The notes under the pieces are model-generated. The model did not search any database, was not told where the DNA came from, and saw only the letters and a list, made by a program, of their open reading frames with translations. A DNA stretch of 59,195 nucleotides from Chromera velia. Its lineage: Eukaryota. The stretch lies in the NCBI GenBank assembly GCA_018398765.1, contig JAHBMJ010000014.1, positions 1 to 59,195 on the forward strand. Reading direction: 5' to 3'. A program made the translations under genes and the position numbers. Positions 50,495 through 59,195 of the stretch are shown piece after piece (position 1 is the stretch's first letter; every line of letters starts with the position of its first letter).

Positions 50495-53184
50495 GCGTCT
50501 GCAGAGCATTCGGGTCATCTCACAGGAACTGGAACGAGAGAAGGCGAAGGAGAGACAGAGAGAGATGGCGGGGGGGTCTTCCAACAATCTCTCAGCGAGA
50601 GGGCCGAGATTGGAGGTTGGTTCCTTTTTCGGAGCGTTTCATCTCATCTGACCTCATTAGAAGGGATCGGGCGAGTGGCGCAGAAAATGGGATGCGGGCA
50701 AAAACAAAAGAGGGGGAGAGAAATTGAATTTCGACGTGAAGCGGGTAAACAAAGGATGTTTTGAAAGCGAAAAAACACGAATCCCTCAGCGGTCTTCCCT
50801 CCTGGGTTTACCTCTCTTCTGAATTCATTGATTCAGCCGGTCTGTGTTTGCGAACGTCCTCGCGCGGTGAGTGTGTCCGTGGTTCTTCCCCCCGCCCCTT
50901 TCTTCCCTCTCTGATTTTTCCCTGCCTCTTCTGTTCCCGCCTCGTTCCTGCAGGAGCTCCAGGAGGCCCTCCAAGAGAATCACTCTGCCCTGACTCACCT
51001 ACGACGTCACGTGACGCCCTCCCTGTACGCCCAGGACCTGCGATATGAAAACTCCAAGGGGTGGCACAAGAGAAGCGAGACACTGCGAAGAAGCGCCTCC
51101 CTCCTCTCCATCACCCCCACGGCTGCAGCAGCAGCGTCGTTGAGCAGCAGCAGCGGGCAGCAGGAGCTCACGAGCTTCATTCCTTTTCTGGAGAACGTCA
51201 CGGCAGTCAGCCCTTTTTCTTTTCGCCCTCTCCGCACCAACATTTCCCCTTCGTCTTCCCGCCGCCCTCCCCCCCTTCCTCTCTGTTCTGTTTCGTGTGT
51301 GCATGCGTGTGTTTGCGTCCTCGCCTCGGATCCGTTCTACGTTGTGGGTTTGAACGATCGAATGAAGGGAGGAAGCCACATTTGGGGGTCCACAGAGTGG
51401 TTCATTGTGGTGATGATTTGCAGCAGCATCTGGGTTCCTTCTTTCCGTTTGCCTGTCTACCTTTTTGTCGGTCTTTGTCTGTACATGTCCATCCACAACT
51501 TCTCTCGATCCTTCCATCAGGACCCATCAACCGACGGCATCCAGCGACTTCCGATTTTTCCGGGCAGAAGGGTGACTGTGGGGTCGGACCCCGAGAGGGC
51601 AGATTCGTTCGTGGGGGGGTTGGGGGTCCGGCGTAAACATTTTTCTGTGTGGCAGTCGGAGAGGGAGAAGGAAAATGAGGGGGAGGGGGGGGNNNNNNNN
51701 NNNNNNNNNNNNNNGGTGGAGCTGATTGTTCGGAAAGAAGAGGACTTTGCAGGTCGGTCATTGGTGGGTTGTTTTTCGTGTTTGAATTCATTGTTGTTGA
51801 TCTGTGTACATGTTCTGGAGGAATCACGATTTTTTATTCCTCTCTTGTTCCGTTCTCCTCCTGGAAGCCCATTGGTACGATGTGGATCCAGAAAGTGATG
51901 AAACTTGAAAACTTCCAGAACCCTTTTCTCTCTTCTTTCTTTCTTTTCATTCTCTGCTCCCTGGCTGCAGGCACAGGAGACCCTCTGGATCTGGTTGTGG
52001 CAGGGGAGGTCTTGGAGGGGGGGGAGGAGAGACGGGTGAGGGAGGGGGACCTGATTGTGGTCGGATGCGCGAGAGCTCTGAGGTGGGTCTGCATTCTATT
52101 TCTTTGCGTGTGTGTGTATGCATGGATCTGGGAACACGTTCGATGAATAAATCGCTGGATGACTGGTTGAAGGGAGCTACTAATGATCATATTTTGGAAG
52201 AGCATGTATGTAGATGAACTATTCTTGATCGGACGTTCTCTCTCTCTGTTCCCCTGATCGATGCTGGCCTGGGCTTGATTTTTCCTGTCCCATGCATGTT
52301 CTCCTGATCTCCTTCATACAATGACTGCAGCTTTTTTCGTTTCTTTCCTTTCTTCTCCTCGCCTGACGACTTCTACGCAGACTCGTGAGGTTCCATGAAA
52401 GACCGTGTGAACAATCACATTTGTCTCCAGATGAATTCAGATGAAATCCTTCGATCCTGCCTGCCTATGTCTGAACGAACGTCTGCGTGCATGCAGGGTG
52501 GTCACGTCCTCTCCCGGCACCTGCAGCTCTCCGAGGCGGGACCTCTCAATTTGGAGGGCCGCAGTCGAGGGAGCAAAGAGGGCCCGATTCGGACACAAGG
52601 TACGTGGGTTCTCCCCCTTCCTGTATTCAGCAGACGTATCAAGAGAAGAGAAGCGATTGCGCGCGTAGGCGTCAGAGAGGAATACAGAGAGAAAAAAAGC
52701 CAAGCAAGGACGGCACTTGTATTTTTTCCCTTCCCCTTTTTTTCTCCTTGCAGGTTGCTGCCCACGGAGACGCAAGAATGCAGAAAGAGTTGATGGACGG
52801 CCTGGACGCAGCATATGAAGCGGTCAGTCAGTCGATCAGTTTGCCACATTGTTGGAAGTCGAGGCGGCCGACTGAGGTGCAACCAAGAGGGCGACGGAAC
52901 AAACAGATGGATCCCCATATGCCTCCTCTCTGTCCCTTTCTGTTTGTCTGGCTCTCTGTCTGTGTGTGCGCTAGACGGGAAGTAGAGGAACGGGAAGAAC
53001 ACTAGACGGGCTGGTCGAAGGAAAGTGGTGGGCCCAAATGAAATGTTTAGGAGAAGGATGACTCTTTGGACTCTTCTGGCAGTCGCGCTCTGTTTCGTCC
53101 TTCAGTGCGGACGGAGCCCCTCCCTTCTTTCTCCGGTGCCCTTGCGCTCTGTCCCCGGGCTCCCTTTCTGAGTCCCTTTCTCGT

Positions 53185-53220
<36 letters not shown>

Positions 53221-56200
53221 CAGAATCTGCTTTTGAAGAGCCTGCTGCCAGAGGGGAACCTCTCTTGCCGTGTGAGGTGTGCGCGCGAAGTTCTGGTTGA
53301 GGAGCCTGGGCGGAGACCCCAGAGGGAGAGGGAGAGGGGGGACGCTGAGGGCGGGGCAGAGAGCGAGAGGGACAGGGAGACAGGGGCGGCGGGAATGGAG
53401 GAAGATTTTCTGATTGTCAGTCAGTCAGTTTGCGAGTGAGTCAATCACTTCTGCTTCTGCCTGTCCAAGATTGGAGGCAGTGCAGACCAAAACAACACAC
53501 GCGGACTTTGAAGAGCGTCTTAATGAATTCCCGACCTCATGTGTGCTTGTCTTTTTCAACCTTTCTGGCAACAAGGACTGAGTGTACAGTGAGTCCCCCC
53601 CCATTGCACAGTCGTGCGTTGTTGCCCTCCCCGATCCTCTCAAAGAGTTCCATGGGAGGACATGAGGGCCCCATCGTGTACACCTTTCTTTTGAGATGTG
53701 CCCTCCTTGAAATCAATCTGCTTTGTGCTTTGTTTTGCAGACCATTGACATTGTGAGGAGTCTCCCGAGGTGCCTCGTTGTACCGGTCAGGCGACAAGGG
53801 CACATACACACACACATAGATTGTTGAAGTGATTTGTTACTAGAGCGCTTGATCGACTCGGACTGGTTCTATTCTCAAAAAGAGCGGAAGGGGCAAGACG
53901 TTGCGCGAAAGAGAGGGCCGTGACCTTTTCATTTGTTCCGGGGCTTTTTGGGATTCTGCCGGTTGGCCTCTTTGTTTCTTCGAAGATCTCTTTTTGAAAG
54001 GCAGCCCATTTTGGTTTTTGACTGCGCGTGCGCGTGTGTGAGAGTGAGAGGGAGACAGAGAGAGCGACAGAATGCATTGCCCCCCTGCCCTTTCCTGCAT
54101 CCTCCCTTTGCGGTTTTCCTCTTCCTTCCTGTTGTTCTGCAGAGTGAGGGAAGAGACGCGGAAGCGAGAGTGTGGGGGGCCCGGAAGGCAGTTGTGACTT
54201 CATACAGAGCGTCGGAATTCCGGTGGGTGTTTCCTCTTGTCTTTTTTGGGCTTTTGTGGCTCTATTTCTGTATGATTAAGTTTTTGAGACATCGTAGAAG
54301 GAACAGTGCAATCAAGAATTTCTTTTCCTTCTCCAGTCATGGCCATCAATAATCTTTTCAGGGATGAATTCAATCCCATTGTCACCTTTTGCATTTCCAT
54401 TTCGTTCGAAGTGACGCGAGGAAAGCAGGATCGCAGACACTTCTTTCTGTTCCTTTTGCTCACGGCTTTGTGTGTGTTCTCGATTCTCTCTTTCTCTCTC
54501 TCCATGTCTATGGCTGTGCGTGTAAATGTGTGTATGAGAGAGAGCCTTTCTGCCTGTCTGACTGTATTCTTCATTGTTCCACCCATCCATAATCCATGCA
54601 GCACGCTGATGAAATCCTGGAGAGCCCGTTTCACCGAGACTGCCCGCACCGTCAGACAAGGTCTCTTCAGGCCCACAGACGCAGAGGCACTCCCCAGCAA
54701 GTACTCCTGGCTCCTCGGGTCGGTCCCCGGCACCGAGGAGTTCTCTCCGGGGAGCCGCGTCACGGCAACTGCAGTCGCAACCATCTCAGAGAAGGTCGGT
54801 TTGTCCGGCTATCCGTTTGTTTCATCGTGGATGATCGCCTGCTTGTATGCCAGCGCAGAGAGGCGGAGAAGAAGTGCTCCCCGATTGGCCGACTGACTCT
54901 CTGCGCATTTGCGGTTGTCTTGGTCCTTTTTTTGTGTTTTTCATCACTTATCACTTTTCCTCTTGGATCCGTTGGGAAGGAAACAGTTTGAAAATAGAAC
55001 GGGAGGAAAAAATGCCCATCGTCATCATTCCACTCTGCTAATCTTTCTCATTTCACACCACTCGATCTTGCGTGCACCGACGCACCGTCGCTCGATCCAG
55101 TTACTCGCTGCCGACAAGTCATGCCCATTGGTTCACCTCTGTGAGGTCATAATGGAGGCTTTCCTGCGCATCTGCAACCTCTGTCTGTTTCTGCATGCCT
55201 GTCCCGCTCCATTCGTCTCCCTCCCTCCCTCCCTCCCTCCCTCCCTCCATTTCTGCAGTACATGCACGATGCCACATCCCGTCTGACCGGTTTCCTTGGC
55301 AACCCCTCCTTTCTGGAGGCCGTGGTGTTCCCCAATGGCCTGCTGCCTCCTCTTCATACGGGCACTGGGGGGCTGCATGGAGTCGGGGTGGGAGGGGATG
55401 TGTGTGGAGGGGGGGGCGGTTCCTCTGTGACGGGATTGGAGGAGACGGCAGAGAGTGAGCATCATGTGGAGAATTTGGCTGCGTTGGAGGAGCAGTACCG
55501 GAGGGGACAGACGCCGTGTGTGATGGAGGGAGACGCCAATGGGCTCCCCCTCGTGGGCCCTCCTCTCAGTCTCACACCCGCACAGAGCGATGAGGTGGCA
55601 CTGGCAGACGGGGCAGGAAGAGGGGGGGCTTCTATGGGTGTACCGGAGGTTAGGGAGGCAGGCAGGGGGGGGATCAACCTCTCTGTGGGTGGTGTGGAGG
55701 GAGTGGATGAGGGTCCTCAAGAGGCCCCCTTGTCTGACATGATGTGCTCTGCTGTGACTGGAGAGGCACTATCTGTGTCTTCCTCTTCCTGTTCTTCTTC
55801 TTCTGCTTCCTCTGTGCCTGTGTGGGCAGATCCCGCAGGTCTTTGTGGGGGTTCTCTTTCTCTTCCGTTTCCCGCTGCAGTGAATGAGAGTCCGAAGAAC
55901 AGAACGAAGTACTGGGGGAGTGTGATTGCCGGCCTGCCTTCGAAGTGGAGTTACAACACCCACCGGCATCTGAAGGCTGAGGGTCGGGGTTTTCCTCTGA
56001 TGGACACACTCGAGGAAGAGGAGGTAGAGGTAGAAGAGGGAATCGGAGAAGGGGGAGAAGCAGGGACAGAAGGAGAGAAGGAGAAGGAAAGAACGGAAGA
56101 GAAGGAGACAGCAGACGAGACAGAGGAGAACGCAGCAGAGCCTCCAAAAGAAAAAGAAGAGCGAAAGAAGGAAAATGCCACTCGAATACACCCCAAAGAG

Positions 56201-57301
56201 ACGGAAAAAGAAAGAGAGCAAGAGCGACAGGAGAAGGAGAAACCTCAAAGGCCCCCCCCGCCCACGCCAGAAGAATCCCAAGCCGCGATGCCCAGGGCTC
56301 AGAAGAAAATTGAGGAGATGATTAAATCGAGTCGCAATCGGAAGAGAGACATAGACAAAGAGAAAACCACAGAAGAGATACTCAAAGCTAATCGCAGTAG
56401 AGAGAGAGAGAAGATCATACCCTCCAACGCGGACACCAAAACCATTCGACCTCCCTCCTCCCTCCCTGCCTCCTCAGGCCCTTCGTCTTCCTCTTCTTCT
56501 TCTTCTCTTCCCCTCACTTCAGCAGGACGAAATGCCAAAGGCGTGTCCTCTCCCTCTCTTTCTGTTCCCCTTGGAACAGGAACAGGAACAGCGGCAGGAA
56601 CAGGAGGAGGCAGTAGATCCAACTCCATCCCCCCTGCCCCCCTCCTTTCAACCCTCACAGGACGAAATCGCCGTCTCCCCTTCTCTCTCCTGACGACCCG
56701 CAAAACAGTCAAACCCCGGAAGCCCCTGGAGGCCTCTGAAGCTGTCCAGGCCTCCGACAGTTCACCCGAGCCTTGTGCCACCAGCAGTGCCGCAGTGACG
56801 CTCTCACTCAGTCAGACGGCCCTCAGTGTGGACGAGGAGGAAATGGACGGACAGAGAGAGAAAGAGCAAAAGGGGCAAGTTGAGGGAGGGGGGGAATGTG
56901 GGAGGTCAACCACGTCCTCCGTCAAAATAGAAACAGAGAAGGACACGGCAAGCAGAAAGTCAAACGGCGTTGAGAGATCAGCAACCACAGGGAGGAGTGA
57001 GACAGCAGCCCAGAGATCAACCGACATCGTGCGCCCCCCCGCCGACCCCCTTGCCTTGTGGGTCCCTCGGGAGAACTTTCCCACTCCTCCCTCGGCAGCG
57101 GCAGGGGAAGATTCTGGAGCAGAGAGAGAGAAGGAGGGGGAGGACACAGAAGGGCAAAGGAAACAGCCTCTTTTTTCTTTTCGGGAGAAGAAGTGCGACC
57201 CCTTGACAGCCTCTCTTTTCTCCACCAGCATCGCAAACAGCAAAGACCCCCACATGAAAGAATTTTCCATCTTTTTCAAAGGGCCTCGAGGGGGAAGCTG
57301 A
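45230..57301 (+). CDS. Kinesin-3-like protein (divergent motor domain, FHA domain, long low-complexity tail)
   Basis: Kinesin-like blocks appear in the expected order: GYNCSMVLLGPS|KSEKRQVLMG, DLLD..LHLEGGPEVPDASRVAVSSVEDVQRALDFGRLRR, CRYDFLELPCTD, SKTVGILREALCGNS, LLERIGSLISKPRQN. They are followed by PFLENVT|DPSTDG..RVTVGSD..GLGVRRKHF..GDLIVVG (FHA, ~51521-52083). The terminal exon is 55259-57301. Confidence 0.75.
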
Positions 57302-57740
57302 ACTACCCCAGAAGTTGGGCCAGAACTGAAAACGGTTTTTTGACAGGTTCAATCATGCATGTGACCACGCTTTTCACATGTTGTTGGAACGCGATTTCGT
57401 ACGTATAGGCTTTTTCGTTAATTACGGCTTTTGTTGTTGTTTTTTAAGTTGCCGTATAAGAATCAGATTGTTTACTCACGCTAGTGTGATCATAATTAAT
57501 CATCTAGTGAATCATAATGTTATGTACGCATATCATGGCGGTATATATGCTAGTTTGGATGCCAGACACTGCCAGTATAAATGCATTATGCATATTAACT
57601 AGCATGCATATCAATTACAGGATTATATTGTGTTCATGGCCAGGCCTTAGACCTGTATAGACCTGTATGCCAGGCATACAGCAGTTGTCTGCCGTCCGCT
57701 TTACACCATACTAGGCACCATAGTGACCACACATCCATCA

Positions 57741-58610
57741 CTAGGATTAGGATTAGGATTAGGATTAATGTCCAGAGGATTGGCCTCCCGCCCCAATGCC
57801 GAATGTCCGATATGCGGCTTCCAGAGAAAACGTCTAGACGCATCAGACCTCTAGTATTAATCAACTAAGTAATAAGTGATAAATGATAAGTGATTTATTG
57901 GTGTTCTAAGACACTGTCGCCGTTTTGTCTTTTAGAGGTCGCCCCCACAAACGGCAGGGGTGTGTGCCTCACTCCTGAGTATGTTATAACTTGAACTAGT
58001 ATAATAAACAATAAACTTTTTTAAAATAATTAAGATTTAATTGTAGTGTCTTACTTCCTGGTGCTGTTCCACCGCCGCCGTTTGGTCCTTTTCGCATACG
58101 CACCGCCTTAAATTTGCTTTGATCACTGGCACCTGCCACCGTGTTTTGTCTGTCTTTCCCCGGAAAGTTTATATACCTTCGTGTTCACGCGCCAGGACCG
58201 GTCAGGTTAATTCGCTTTCAGCTGTCGATCTCAGTGATATTTAAATCATTCGCTCCGTGTGTCCAGTTGTCAGTCTATACTCTCCTCAGGCTAAATAGAA
58301 GTATCCTTGGAAGTATTGCTGTCTAGCAAAACTATGTCAAACTCAAAACTTCACTGCAAACTCTAAATCCAAAATCTTTTTAAAAATCCTCCCGCAACTC
58401 TATATGAATGGCTAAGGAATGACTAAAGATCTTTCGATATCCAATCATTTAGCTAGTCTTTTACTTTACTGAGATTTTTAGACTGAACTACAGCTGAGAG
58501 CTACACTGAGAGTCTATAGAATTTATAGATCGGACATTCGGCATTGGGGTAGGAGGCCAATCCTCCAGGCCAGTCCGACATCAATCCTAGTATAAATCCA
58601 ATCCTATCCT
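57741..58610. mobile_element. Putative non-autonomous inverted-repeat (MITE-like) relic
   Basis: 37-bp inverted repeats at 57775-57811 and 58529-58565 match at 35/37. Weaker outward similarity (GGATTA repeats versus AATCCT) continues. No target-site duplication was identified. Confidence 0.45.
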
Positions 58611-59066
58611 ATTGAATCTCTCTGTCTAGGCCTTAGTCTAAGCCTCGCTAGAGGCTTCGTGACCCTCGTCTCTGAGCCTAGCTCTCCATCTGTTTTACCG
58701 CTACATGCACGACAATTCCAAGGCAATAAGAAAACGTTACACATTTTTAATTCAATTAATGGATTACATGATAGTTTTACCATATGCAGTAGCATGATCG
58801 ACTATGTTACTAGGTAATCGAGCTTTATTATTGAATAATTTGAATTAATGCAGAAGCTGCCTTGTCTATTGTAAGCAGCTGCTGTCAAAGTTACGCTACA
58901 TGTCTATTTTAAATGGGCCGATGGCGATAGTGACGATCATGACGTATATATAGTGACGTGTGTGTTGCTATACGTTATCAAAGCGTGACTAGAAAGAAAA
59001 TGAGAATTAAATAAATTGACTTAATCGAAAATAGTGCTAAGCAAAAGAGAATGGTGTGTATCGCTT

Positions 59067-59144
59067 ACGTTCATAACCTAGTGGTTAATATACAACATTA
59101 ACAAACAGAAGATCATAGGTTCAATCCTCGCTACCTGCCTTTTT
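59067..59144 (+). pseudogene. Degenerate tRNA-like / SINE-head relic
   Basis: A-box-like TAACCTAGTGGTTAA (59074-59088), B-box-like GGTTCAATCC (59118-59127), tRNA-like spacing and a TTTTT terminator (59140-59144). The stems do not pair well. Confidence 0.4.
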
Positions 59145-59195
59145 AAGGATCAACAAGAAAAGAGACGGGACGTTAACGTCCTGTACTATACAGAT

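Overview
Intron-dense eukaryotic nuclear DNA with GT..AG introns full of (CA)n, (GA)n, (GCAG)n and (GAAA)n microsatellites and abundant TGCATGCA. The style suggests an apicomplexan-related alveolate such as a chromerid (inference only). I can support eight protein genes, arranged as four head-to-head pairs with AT/TpA-rich islands at their tail ends. Pair 1: a >23.8 kb minus-strand gene, running off the left edge, for a giant secreted protein (HYR-like, LNR-like, ephrin-receptor-like Cys-rich and TSP1-like modules, several RRL motifs), and a 312-aa secreted precursor ending in RRRL plus a 74-aa glycine-zipper peptide. Pair 2: a METTL21-like methyltransferase-fold/membrane protein and a secreted atypical kinase. 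Pair 3: an intronless gene with twelve 18-aa CxH..CxxC zinc-binding repeats fused to an HNH endonuclease, and a small glycine-zipper ORF. Pair 4: a WD40 protein and a kinesin-3-like protein with degenerate ATPase motifs. The strongest candidate for a new system is the zinc-repeat/HNH fusion, which looks like a natural modular DNA-binding nuclease. Gene models were spliced by eye and no database searches were run.
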